Of a stretch of DNA of 32,000 nucleotides, positions 18,631 to 27,168 are shown piece after piece. Below the pieces are notes generated by a model, which was not told the origin of the DNA, made no database searches, and was given only the letters and a program-made list of their open reading frames with translations. The translations under genes were made by a program, and so were the position numbers. The stretch's first letter is position 1, and every line of letters starts with the position of its first letter. The stretch comes from Thermodesulfobacterium commune DSM 2178 (lineage in GTDB: Bacteria > Desulfobacterota > Thermodesulfobacteria > Thermodesulfobacteriales > Thermodesulfobacteriaceae): contig NZ_CP008796.1 in NCBI RefSeq assembly GCF_000734015.1, forward strand, positions 1,080,001-1,112,000, in the 5' to 3' direction.

Positions 18631-18643
18631 AAGGGCTAAAAAC

Positions 18644-20284
18644 TTAATTTGCTAAGGTTAATACCTGGCTTTTCAGTTCTTTTTCTTTTGTTTTTAAAAC
18701 CTCTAACCGGTTTAAAGCCTTTAAGAAAGCCTTAATACTTGCTATAACGATGTCTCCGTCTTTACCAAGCCCTGCGGTTCTTAACCCTGTTTCGTCTTCT
18801 ATGATCACACTACAGACTCCCTCAGAAGAGGTTCCACCTGTAAGGGCACTGATGTTAAAATCTACGAGTTTGAGATGTTTTTTATCCTTCTCTTCTCCAT
18901 TAAAGCTATACCCTAAGGCTTGAGCTACTGCTTTATAGGCTGCATCTATAGGCCCTATCCCTAAACCTACAGCTACTTTATTTCCTGAAAGATTATCTCT
19001 TATCTCTACTTGAGCAACCGGCTTAAGTGAGCCACTCAACACACTTATCACCTGAGAGGAAACCAACTCATAACGATACTCTTTGTCACAAAAGAGATCA
19101 AGAAGAATTCCTTCTAAATGTTCTTCGTCTATCTTTCTTAAAACATCCTTTATTTCTTCTCTAAACTTTTCAAAAACTTTAGTTAAAACGGTATCATCAA
19201 ACTGCCAGCCTCTGCTTTTTAGTTTGAAAGACAGGGCATGTCTTCCTGAGTGTTTACCGAGAACGATAGCAGAACCGGTCCAACCTACCTCTTCTGGCTT
19301 GATAATCTCATAGGTCGTGCGCTCACAGATAACACCGTGTTGATGGATACCAGATTCATGAGCAAAGGCATTGGCTCCAACTATAGCCTTATTTGGCTGG
19401 ACTAACATTCCGGTATATTTGGAAACAAGCTGGCTGGTAGGCACTATTTTTTCAGTCGCAATGTTTACCTCTAAAGGATACCCTAAGGACCTTTCAAAGA
19501 AGTCTTTTCTAATTTTTAAAGCCATTATAACTTCTTCCAAAGCGGCGTTTCCTGCCCTTTCTCCAATACCGTTTATCGTGCCTTCTATTTGGGTAGCACC
19601 GGCCAAGATGGCAGAAAGGGAATTAGAAACAGCAAGCCCAAGGTCGTTATGACAATGAACGGAAAGTCTTAAACGCCCAGATTTCAAGTCTTCTTCGTAT
19701 CCAGCCGCTATCAATTTTTCTACCAAAAATTTAAACAGGTTATAATATTCCTGAGGTACTGTATAACCCACGGTATCAGGAATGTTGATGGTGGTAGCTC
19801 CTGCTTTCACCACCTCTATCACCACTTGAGCCAAATATTCCCAATCACTTCTGGTTGCGTCTTCAGCAGAAAATTCAACGTTAGGGCACAAGGAACAGGC
19901 ATATTTTACAGCTTCCCTGGCAATTTCTAACACCTGAGACCTGTCTTTTTTCAATTTATACTTTAAATGGATGTCAGAAGTAGCTATAAAGGTATGAATT
20001 CGCGGAGACACAGCATGCTTGATAGCCTCCCAAGCTACCTCTATGTCTTTTTGATTAGCCCTGGCCAAAGCTGCAACAGTACATCTTTTTATCTCCTTAG
20101 CCACGTTTTTTACTGCCTCAAAATCCCCGGGAGATGTTATTGGAAACCCTGCCTCTATTACGTCTATACCTAACTCTTCCAAAGCCTTGGCTATCTCTAT
20201 CTTTTGTTTTAAGTCCAATGATACCCCAGGAGACTGCTCTCCATCTCTAAGGGTGGTATCGAAAAACACTATTTTGGGATTCAA
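18644..20284 (-). CDS. leuA: 2-isopropylmalate synthase
   Basis: FDTTLRDGEQSPGVSL, HCHNDLGLAVSNSLSA, HESGIHQHG, plus a C-terminal LeuA dimerisation/regulatory domain; TTG start with SD AAGGAGGG. Confidence 0.85.
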   Translation of the reverse strand: MNPKIVFFDTTLRDGEQSPGVSLDLKQKIEIAKALEELGIDVIEAGFPITSPGDFEAVKNVAKEIKRCTVAALARANQKDIEVAWEAIKHAVSPRIHTFIATSDIHLKYKLKKDRSQVLEIAREAVKYACSLCPNVEFSAEDATRSDWEYLAQVVIEVVKAGATTINIPDTVGYTVPQEYYNLFKFLVEKLIAAGYEEDLKSGRLRLSVHCHNDLGLAVSNSLSAILAGATQIEGTINGIGERAGNAALEEVIMALKIRKDFFERSLGYPLEVNIATEKIVPTSQLVSKYTGMLVQPNKAIVGANAFAHESGIHQHGVICERTTYEIIKPEEVGWTGSAIVLGKHSGRHALSFKLKSRGWQFDDTVLTKVFEKFREEIKDVLRKIDEEHLEGILLDLFCDKEYRYELVSSQVISVLSGSLKPVAQVEIRDNLSGNKVAVGLGIGPIDAAYKAVAQALGYSFNGEEKDKKHLKLVDFNISALTGGTSSEGVCSVIIEDETGLRTAGLGKDGDIVIASIKAFLKALNRLEVLKTKEKELKSQVLTLAN

Positions 20285-20457
20285 GGTAACCCTCCTTAAT
20301 AAGATTTTTTAAGTAAAAATTTTATCTTAATTTTTGGTTTTGCCAACGTGTTCTCAAAAAATAAGGTTTTAACTTCGTAAACCTCAGATATTCTAATTTT
20401 TATCAAAACTTTTCATTTAGGTAAATAAGTTTTATAATATCTTCTATATAATTAGGG

Positions 20458-21414
20458 ATGAGCCCTTTAAAAATGTGGACCAATTATCCCAAACCAAGAC
20501 TAGTCATAAGCGCCTGCCTTTTAGGAGAAAACACGAGATATGACGGAAATCCCATTGTATTCCCTTTAATCCAAAAACTCTCCAAGTTCTGTGAGTTTGT
20601 AAAGGTTTGCCCAGAAGTAGACATAGGTCTTCCTGTACCACGAGATAGGATTATTGTCTACAGAAAAGAAGAAAAACTTGGGGTCTTTCAACCGGCTAAA
20701 AAAAGAGATTTGACAGAAGAAATGTTAAACTTTTCTAAAAAATTTCTTGAGAACCTTAAAGATATAGACGGCTTTTTGTTAAAGAGTCGTTCTCCTTCGT
20801 GCGGAGTTTCTGGAACACGCTGGTATAAGGATAGGGAAGGCACCTTTCCTATCGGTAGAGGAAAGGGTCTTTTTGCGATAGAGGCAGAAAAAATGTTTCC
20901 TGAAATTCCTGTCGAAGACGACGGAAGGCTTCATGACCCTTTTATCAGAGAAAACTTTCTCACTAAAATTTTTAGCTTAGCAGACTTAAGAGAGTTTTCA
21001 ACTACAGCTGAATCTTTAAAAGACCTTATAGTCTTTCATCAAAGATATAAGTATCTTTTAATGAGCTATTCACCAGAAGGACTTAAAAAATTAGGTCAAC
21101 TGGTAGCCAGTGGAAATAAATTTCCTTTTAATCAAACCTTACAAAAATACAAAACCCTTTTTAAAAAAGTCTTATCTCAACCTCCTACAAAAGGAAAAGT
21201 TACAAACGTATTTCTTCACGTGTTTGGCCATTTTTCTTCTAAACTAACACCTGGTGAAAAAAAACACTTTCTATGGTTGATAGAACGCTACAAAAAAGGA
21301 AAAGTTTCCAAAAACACCCTTCTTGAAATTCTTAGAGCCTGGACATTTAGGTTTGAAGACCATTACCTCAAAAACCAGGTATTTTTAAACCCCTACCCTC
21401 TTGAATTAGAATAA
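20458..21414 (+). CDS. DUF523 (TudS-like thiouracil desulfidase fold) fused to DUF1722 (YbgA-like)
   Basis: N-terminal half has the three-Cys DUF523 pattern (VISACLLGENTRYDG, VCPEVDIGLPVPR, SRSPSCGVS). The C-terminal half (HQRYKYLLMSYSPEGLKKLGQLV...) has the DUF1722 pattern. Confidence 0.65.
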   Translation: MSPLKMWTNYPKPRLVISACLLGENTRYDGNPIVFPLIQKLSKFCEFVKVCPEVDIGLPVPRDRIIVYRKEEKLGVFQPAKKRDLTEEMLNFSKKFLENLKDIDGFLLKSRSPSCGVSGTRWYKDREGTFPIGRGKGLFAIEAEKMFPEIPVEDDGRLHDPFIRENFLTKIFSLADLREFSTTAESLKDLIVFHQRYKYLLMSYSPEGLKKLGQLVASGNKFPFNQTLQKYKTLFKKVLSQPPTKGKVTNVFLHVFGHFSSKLTPGEKKHFLWLIERYKKGKVSKNTLLEILRAWTFRFEDHYLKNQVFLNPYPLELE

Positions 21415-21460
21415 TTTGTGTTTTATAATTTTTAAAAGAAATAATAAAATGGAGGAGCCT

Positions 21461-21937
21461 ATGAAAGGGATTTTGCAAAAATTTGCGATAGGTTTGTTGG
21501 TTTTTCTTGGATACTTAGGGCATGGTTGGGGTTATGATGTAGAGCTTGCTAAAAAGTTTGATAGTTTTTTCTCTAAACTTACTCCAGAGGTAATAGCTAA
21601 GAAACCCTGTATGATAAGTGTAAAAAATCTGTTTGAGATGATTGAAAAAAAAGAACCTTTTGTGGTTTTGGACATAAGAACTCCTCAAGAAAAAAAATTT
21701 GTTAGCATTTCCCTTCCTAACACGATAGACATACCGATGCATGAACTTTTTAAAGAGGAAAACCTTAAAAAACTTCCCAAGGATAAATTAATAGTGGTAG
21801 TTTGTCACACTGGAGCCAGAGCGATTGCTGCCAGTTTGCCTCTTAACATGCTTGGGTATAAAACTGTAGTCCTTGATGGCGGTATTTCTGAGCTTGCCAA
21901 AGCAGCCGGAAGAAGTGTAGTAGGTATTCACTGGTAA
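21461..21937 (+). CDS. Exported single-domain rhodanese (sulfurtransferase)
   Basis: Signal peptide MKGILQKFAIGLLVFLGYLGHGWG; active-site loop VVVCHTGARA; FVVLDIRTPQE. ATG 21461 has GGAGG 5 nt upstream (tracked start 21416 is less likely). Confidence 0.75.
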   Translation: MKGILQKFAIGLLVFLGYLGHGWGYDVELAKKFDSFFSKLTPEVIAKKPCMISVKNLFEMIEKKEPFVVLDIRTPQEKKFVSISLPNTIDIPMHELFKEENLKKLPKDKLIVVVCHTGARAIAASLPLNMLGYKTVVLDGGISELAKAAGRSVVGIHW

Positions 21938-21940
21938 AAG

Positions 21941-23269
21941 TTGGAAGTAGATTTTTTATTTATTAATCCTTGGATATATGACTTTTCTGCCTATGATTTC
22001 TGGCTTAAACCTTATGGGTTACTGTATATAGGGGGTAAGTTAAGAAAGTTAGGATATAAAATTTATTATCTAGACCTGCTTGACCCCTTTGCAGAAGAAC
22101 TACCTAAACTTCCTAAGAGAAGGGACTTTGGCACAGGACATTTTTACAAACAGCCTGTGCCAAAGCCTTATTTTTTTCAAGACGTTCCAAGAAGATTTTA
22201 TCGCTATGGACTTCCTTTCGAAACCTTTAAACATAAAGTATCTCGTCTTAAATTTAAAGCAGTCTTTATTACCACCACCCTTACCTACTGGTATCCTGGG
22301 CTTTTTTGTCTGATAGATTTTTTTGCTAAAAATTATCCTCAAACCCCGATTTACATAGGAGGAATCTACGCCAAACTCTGTAAAGACCACCTCCTACATT
22401 TTTTATCACACTATCCAGACACAAAAACTGTTGTGGTTACCCAAGAAGAGGAAGAATTCCTCGCCGAGGTCCAAAAAGAGTTCCTTCCTTCTGGCCCAGC
22501 TTTTATTCATGACTATCCTGTGTTTGACCTGCAAACCCGAATACCTTATGTAATCATAATGAGCAGTATAGGGTGCCCGTTTAACTGCCCTTACTGTGCC
22601 TCTAAAAGGCTTTATCCTTACTATAAAGAAAGATCTCCTGAAGGGCTTTGGGAGGAAGTAATTTTTTGGCACAAAACCTACGGAGTTAAGGATTTTGCTT
22701 TTTATGACGATGCCTTACTTTTTAATTTTGAAAAAAAATTAAGACCCTTTTTAGAAAAGGTTATCGATTCCAAACTTAACATAAGGTTTCATACCCCTAA
22801 TGCAGTGCATGCAAGGTTTATAGATAAAGAAGTCGCCTTACTTTTAAAACAGGCAGGATTTAAAACCATAAGACTTGGGCTTGAAAGGGTAGAAAATCGG
22901 TTTGACCATAAAGTTACTCTTGAAGAATTTATAGAGGCAGTCTCTTACCTTAAACAGGCAGGATTTACTGCTAAAGAATTAGGGGCCTATGTTCTTTATG
23001 GAATTCCTGAAGAAAACTTTAGAGAAGTAGAAAAAGCCCTATTTTTCCTTGAAAAAATAGGAGTAAGCCCTTATTTAGCAGAGTTTTCACCTATCCCAGG
23101 GACTCCTTTCTTTGAAATGGCTAAAACTTACTCCCGCTATCCCATAGAAGATGACCCTATCTTCCATAACAACTCGGTGTTTCCTGCCTTAAAAAACCCT
23201 GTTTGGGAAGATATCGAAAGGATAAAAAATTTAGCAAGAACCATAAGACATAGGCTATCAACAGTTTAA
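21941..23269 (+). CDS. B12-binding-domain-type radical SAM protein
   Basis: N-terminal FLFINPW...YGLLYIGGKLRKLGY (B12-like Rossmann part) and SSIGCPFNCPYCAS (CxxxCxxC). The TTG start is assumed. Confidence 0.7.
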   Translation: MEVDFLFINPWIYDFSAYDFWLKPYGLLYIGGKLRKLGYKIYYLDLLDPFAEELPKLPKRRDFGTGHFYKQPVPKPYFFQDVPRRFYRYGLPFETFKHKVSRLKFKAVFITTTLTYWYPGLFCLIDFFAKNYPQTPIYIGGIYAKLCKDHLLHFLSHYPDTKTVVVTQEEEEFLAEVQKEFLPSGPAFIHDYPVFDLQTRIPYVIIMSSIGCPFNCPYCASKRLYPYYKERSPEGLWEEVIFWHKTYGVKDFAFYDDALLFNFEKKLRPFLEKVIDSKLNIRFHTPNAVHARFIDKEVALLLKQAGFKTIRLGLERVENRFDHKVTLEEFIEAVSYLKQAGFTAKELGAYVLYGIPEENFREVEKALFFLEKIGVSPYLAEFSPIPGTPFFEMAKTYSRYPIEDDPIFHNNSVFPALKNPVWEDIERIKNLARTIRHRLSTV

Positions 23270-24105
23270 AACTCTATCCACAGAAAGGCCCACTCTTTTA
23301 AAAACTTTTTTTCTACCAACCGATAACCTAAGGCTTCATATATTCTTACCATCTCCTCTGCATCTTCAGTTAAGATGCCTGTTAAAAATATATTTGTTTT
23401 TCCTTCCTCTGATATTTCAACCATCTTTTGAGAAAGATTTTTAAGCTCTCTATAACCTATGTTAGCAAGTATCAGATCAAATTTTTCGGCAGGGACTTCC
23501 TTACTTATAATAATCCTTCCTTCTACCTGGTTTAACTGAAGATTTTCTAAACAGGCTTTTAGAGCTTCTTCATCTATGTCTACTGCCCAGATTTTGGCTT
23601 TAGGTAAAAGCTTAGCACAGGCTATGGCTAAGATACCTGTCCCACAGCCAAGGTCAAGCACCTTATAAGGACTGTTTTGTCCCTTAGTCAAGGCAAAATG
23701 TTCTATGTATTCAAGCATCATCTGGGTGGTAGGATGATGCCCTGTCCCAAAGGCCTGCCCTGGTTCTATTAAAATCACCACCTCACCCTGTGTGCTAAAA
23801 CCTTCTTCCCAGGGAGGAATAACCCAAAGATGCTTTCCTACTTTTAAAGGCTTAAAGTTTGCTTTCCAAAGTTCAGCCCAGTTCTTTTCTTCAAAAACTT
23901 TATATTCTAACTCCACAAAAGGGTATTTAGCCAGGGCCTTTTCAATTTCTTCTAACTCTGGACTATCCTCTTTAAGGTAAAACCTAAAAACCACCCTGTC
24001 TCCCTGATAGGCTGTTTCCCAACCTTGAGAAAGCAACTGATAAAGCACTTCTTCTATTTCTTCCTCTTTTTCTTTAGGAACTTTTACGTTTATTTCATAT
24101 AGCAT
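23266..24105 (-). CDS. prmA: Ribosomal protein L11 methyltransferase
   Basis: IEPGQAFGTGHHPTTQMMLEYIE, VLDLGCGTGILAI. Confidence 0.85.
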   Translation of the reverse strand: MLYEINVKVPKEKEEEIEEVLYQLLSQGWETAYQGDRVVFRFYLKEDSPELEEIEKALAKYPFVELEYKVFEEKNWAELWKANFKPLKVGKHLWVIPPWEEGFSTQGEVVILIEPGQAFGTGHHPTTQMMLEYIEHFALTKGQNSPYKVLDLGCGTGILAIACAKLLPKAKIWAVDIDEEALKACLENLQLNQVEGRIIISKEVPAEKFDLILANIGYRELKNLSQKMVEISEEGKTNIFLTGILTEDAEEMVRIYEALGYRLVEKKFLKEWAFLWIEF

Positions 24106-24220
24106 TTAAATGAACCTCCTAATTGTTTTTCGATCATATTTTAAAGCATTTTTGGATTTTACCCAAATAAAAATCAATCCCGTGCCAATCTTCAAAATTG
24201 GTTGTAAAATAGGTTTCCAT

Positions 24221-25423
24221 ATGCGTAAACTCTCAAAAGAAACTCAAAAACTTTTTTATTTATCTCTCATCTATTTTTTTTCAGGCCTTCCTTTTGGTTT
24301 TTTCTATACCTTTATTCCTGTATTTTTAAGGACAGAAGGAATAAGTTTAGTACACATCGGACTTTTTTCCTTAGCCAGTTTGCCCTGGAGCCTAAGACTT
24401 CTATGGGCTCCTTTGATAGACCGGTATTTTAATAAAACTTTTTGGATGGGCATATCTTTAATAAGCATCGGAATAGTTATCTTATCGTTAGCCTTTATTC
24501 CTCCTCAAGGGATCACCTTTTTCATCTTGCTTATCCTGCTTTGTTTTTTTTCCTCGGTGTTTGATGCCGCTGCCGATGGTTTTGTGGTAGAGTGGATCCC
24601 TTCTGCTACCTTAGGAAAAGCTAATGGTTTGAGGATTGCTGCCTATCGTTTAGCCTTGATTACTTTTGGAGGTGGGTTAGTGGCAGTAAGCCATTACTTG
24701 GGTTTTAAATCGATATTTTATCTAATTTTTCTGGTAAGTTTATCCATAGGGCTATTTTTATTACTCAACCCTTTCCTTAAACACAACCTACCTAAAAAAA
24801 CCTATTCTCTAAAAGACCAGTTTATTCTACCCATTGTTGAGATACTAAAGAGGAAAGGGGTTTTCACCCTTCTTTTGTTTGTCTTTACTTACAAAATAGG
24901 GGATTCTTTGCTTGGGGCGATGGTTTATCCCTTTTGGGTGGACAGAGGTTTTTCTCGGTTAGAAATAGGGTTAGTTGCAGGCTCTATCGGAAGCCTTCTT
25001 ACCATCCTTGGGTCCCTTTTAGGAGGATATCTTTCCAGCAGATGGACGGCCAAAAAATCCTTGCTAACATTAGGCTTATTTCAAGCCTTTTCCAACTTAG
25101 GTTATACCTTTGCCTCTATTTCAGCCCTTCCCAAAGAGACCGTTTATTTAGCCTCTGTAATCGAAAGCTTTACCGGAGGCCTTGGCACAGCAGCCTTTGT
25201 TACCTTTCTTACCAAACTCTGCCAGAAAGAGTTTTCTTCAACCCAGTATGCGGTTTTTTCTACTCTGTTTAGCCTTTCTTTAACCTTATCAAGAAGCTTA
25301 TCAGGGGTTTTAACCACCTATTTAGGGTATACCTTATTTTTTGGTCTAACCTTTCTGGTTTCTCTCCCTGTTTTTCTTCTGATACCTAAGGTTACACAAC
25401 ATCTAAACTCGGAAGGCTCTTAG
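24221..25423 (+). CDS. ampG: MFS transporter, AmpG/muropeptide-permease-like
   Basis: 12 hydrophobic segments; LSLIYFFSGLPFGFF and LRLLWAPLIDRY resemble AmpG family motifs. ATG 24221 is preferred to tracked 24110, which would abut the divergent prmA start. Confidence 0.6.
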   Translation: MRKLSKETQKLFYLSLIYFFSGLPFGFFYTFIPVFLRTEGISLVHIGLFSLASLPWSLRLLWAPLIDRYFNKTFWMGISLISIGIVILSLAFIPPQGITFFILLILLCFFSSVFDAAADGFVVEWIPSATLGKANGLRIAAYRLALITFGGGLVAVSHYLGFKSIFYLIFLVSLSIGLFLLLNPFLKHNLPKKTYSLKDQFILPIVEILKRKGVFTLLLFVFTYKIGDSLLGAMVYPFWVDRGFSRLEIGLVAGSIGSLLTILGSLLGGYLSSRWTAKKSLLTLGLFQAFSNLGYTFASISALPKETVYLASVIESFTGGLGTAAFVTFLTKLCQKEFSSTQYAVFSTLFSLSLTLSRSLSGVLTTYLGYTLFFGLTFLVSLPVFLLIPKVTQHLNSEGS

Positions 25424-25854
25424 AAATTAATTTGAAATTTTTTAGCATAAGGACAAACCCTTTTAGGAGGCCATTTTTTAAAAATCTTATCCTTTTCAGA
25501 ATGGCAGTTTAGACAAAAACCTACCTTTAAAATTTTTACCAGTTCCTCCTGAGTAAAAGGACGAAGATTTGGCCGAGAAAAATTGACCAGCTTAGTTCCG
25601 TTAAGATTAACCATTTGAGAAAGACAAACCCTTGGGGATTTTATAAAAGTTTTTTCTAAGTTTACTACCTCTATTGAATTTTTGGTTTTTACCACTTTTC
25701 CATATCCTAACCCTAAGGTTTTTGTGTTCTGATGACAGCTTTTACAGGAGCGTCCTTGTTTCCCTGTGCTATGAGGGTTAAGTTTAGCAAAGGTAAGACT
25801 TGTTATTTCTTTTTTTACCTCTCCTGTCTCTGAGAGGATGGTGATAAAATCCTG
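25420..25854 (-). CDS. In-frame continuation of the multihaem cytochrome c beyond TGA 25855-25857 (144 codons, 2 CxxCH)
   Basis: Hand translation shows the same frame as ORF 25855..27168 and no stop: QDFITILSETGEVKKEITSLTFAKLNPHSTGKQGRSCKSCHQNTKTLGLGYGK, then the tracked ORF VVKTKNS...CLNCH.... There is no ATG/GTG/TTG before 25695, no SD and no signal peptide. Confidence 0.55.
   Translation of the reverse strand, partial: QDFITILSETGEVKKEITSLTFAKLNPHSTGKQGRSCKSCHQNTKTLGLGYGKVVKTKNSIEVVNLEKTFIKSPRVCLSQMVNLNGTKLVNFSRPNLRPFTQEELVKILKVGFCLNCHSEKDKIFKKWPPKRVCPYAKKFQINF
25818..25837 (-). other. Hairpin 17 nt downstream of the in-frame UGA (candidate SECIS-like element)
   Basis: RNA CCUCUC-AGAGACAG-GAGAGG: 6 Watson-Crick pairs (4 G-C), an 8-nt loop with G at loop position 2. 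It is short and was not scored with any model. Confidence 0.25.
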
Positions 25855-27168
25855 TCAGCCTGGGGTAACGGTAACCACTCTTTGATTATCTTCCACCGCT
25901 AAAGTAGGAAGTGCAAGTCTTCTATAAGATTCATGCTCTATCCAAAGCCCCTTCGTTTCCTTAGCAAGTATTTTGTCAAGATGGGTGTCTCTTGGGTCAT
26001 ATTTGATATGACAGCCGTAACAATCAGGCATATGTTTGGCATGGCAGCTTACACAGGTTAATCGTTTATGATAAGAAAGACTACAAGCTTTAACTGGTTT
26101 TTTGATTAAAACCCTTTTTTCAGAACCTTTACTTTCTAAATAAGCTTGCTTACCTTTTTTATAAAAATTTTTGAGTTTTCTTCCTTTTTTAGTAGTACCA
26201 TCTCCTCCATGACAGGTTTGGCACTCAATTTCTAAAGCCTCATGTAAACTGTAATAAAAATTTCCATCTCCCATCACTTCTTCTTTAGTATGGCAGTCTA
26301 TGCAAGATAACCCTTTTTGGAAATGAATATCAGGAGAAACCCGATCTAACCATCTTCCGTCAACCCAAACTTCATCCCCTATCCCACCTTGCTCATTTTC
26401 ATAAAGTCCTTGATAGGTGAATCCTATCCTCCCACTTCGGTTATGGCACCTTACACAGTTTTCCATCGGAGGATATCTAACCAGTTTAGGATGAACTTTT
26501 CGAGAAGAATTGGGGGTCTCATCTTTCTCTTTTACCGAATGACAGGCGGTACATCCCCCTCCTTTTTCTTTCAAAAAATAGGGAAGTTTTCCCTTTTCTA
26601 ACCAAAGATGACAACTACCACAAAGTTTTCGATAATAGTCTAAACCTAAACTGTTTTTGGTTTTATGATAAACCTCTTGATGATAAAGTTGAGATACACT
26701 CAACTTAGGATATAAAGATAAAACCTCTTTTTCTTCAAAAACTTCAACCACTCTTTTTATCATTCCATGGTTGGTAGCCATAAGAGAATTTTTTACCTTC
26801 GATATCTCCGTAAGATGACATCCTGGTTGTCCACAGGTAAGATTAACATATCTCAGATCTCCAGGGTTTTTTACTATGTTTTTATGGGCCTCTTTAAAAT
26901 CTAAAGTATAAGGATTTCCTAAATGACAGGAAGAACAACCAACGACCTTTTTGTCGTGCACCTTTTCAGGAACTACCTCCTGATGACAAGTAATACATAA
27001 CTCTACTTCACCTGAGGTTAACTTAGCAACCTCCCGTCTATCTTTTTTAGCTTCAGAATAGAACAAACAGAGTAAGATAACTAATCCTAATAAAATCCAA
27101 AATGACTTAGTCTTAGCTAAACGTTTAAGTGTGGGCATCTCTGTAGATGATAAGACTAAAAATAACAT
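25855..27168 (-). CDS. Membrane-anchored/exported multihaem cytochrome c (9 CxxCH + 1 CxxxxCH up to the TGA)
   Basis: Motifs CITCH, CSSCH, CGQPGCH, CGSCH, CTACH, CVRCH, CIDCH, CQTCH, CVSCH, CYGCH. N-terminal anchor KRLAKTKSFWILLGLVILLCLF. Start is either ATG 27168 or ATG 27138; both overlap the cytochrome b gene end. Confidence 0.85.
   Translation of the reverse strand: MLFLVLSSTEMPTLKRLAKTKSFWILLGLVILLCLFYSEAKKDRREVAKLTSGEVELCITCHQEVVPEKVHDKKVVGCSSCHLGNPYTLDFKEAHKNIVKNPGDLRYVNLTCGQPGCHLTEISKVKNSLMATNHGMIKRVVEVFEEKEVLSLYPKLSVSQLYHQEVYHKTKNSLGLDYYRKLCGSCHLWLEKGKLPYFLKEKGGGCTACHSVKEKDETPNSSRKVHPKLVRYPPMENCVRCHNRSGRIGFTYQGLYENEQGGIGDEVWVDGRWLDRVSPDIHFQKGLSCIDCHTKEEVMGDGNFYYSLHEALEIECQTCHGGDGTTKKGRKLKNFYKKGKQAYLESKGSEKRVLIKKPVKACSLSYHKRLTCVSCHAKHMPDCYGCHIKYDPRDTHLDKILAKETKGLWIEHESYRRLALPTLAVEDNQRVVTVTPG

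Noticed and set aside
20285-20457. Possible leucine leader, T-box or attenuator upstream of leuA
   Set aside because: I could find no Leu-codon-rich leader peptide, specifier/T-box motif or alternative hairpins. The region looks like a plain AT-rich divergent promoter.
24110-24220. 37-codon N-terminal extension of the AmpG-like transporter (tracked start 24110)
   Set aside because: It would leave only 4 nt between divergent prmA and this gene. The extension is not hydrophobic or family-like, and the family-like N-terminus begins at M 24221.
25420-25695. Treating the 91-aa GTG-start ORF as an independent small monohaem cytochrome gene
   Set aside because: It has no signal peptide or TM segment for export and no SD. 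The upstream 53 in-frame codons are stop-free and contain another CxxCH that such a start would discard. The continuation-of-upstream-gene model explains the data better.
25855-25857. Genome-wide UGA reassignment (code 4/25) as the explanation for the in-frame TGA
   Set aside because: TGA works as a normal stop at the DUF1015 gene end (16015-16017, ATGA overlap), and no other gene in the window shows internal in-frame TGA.
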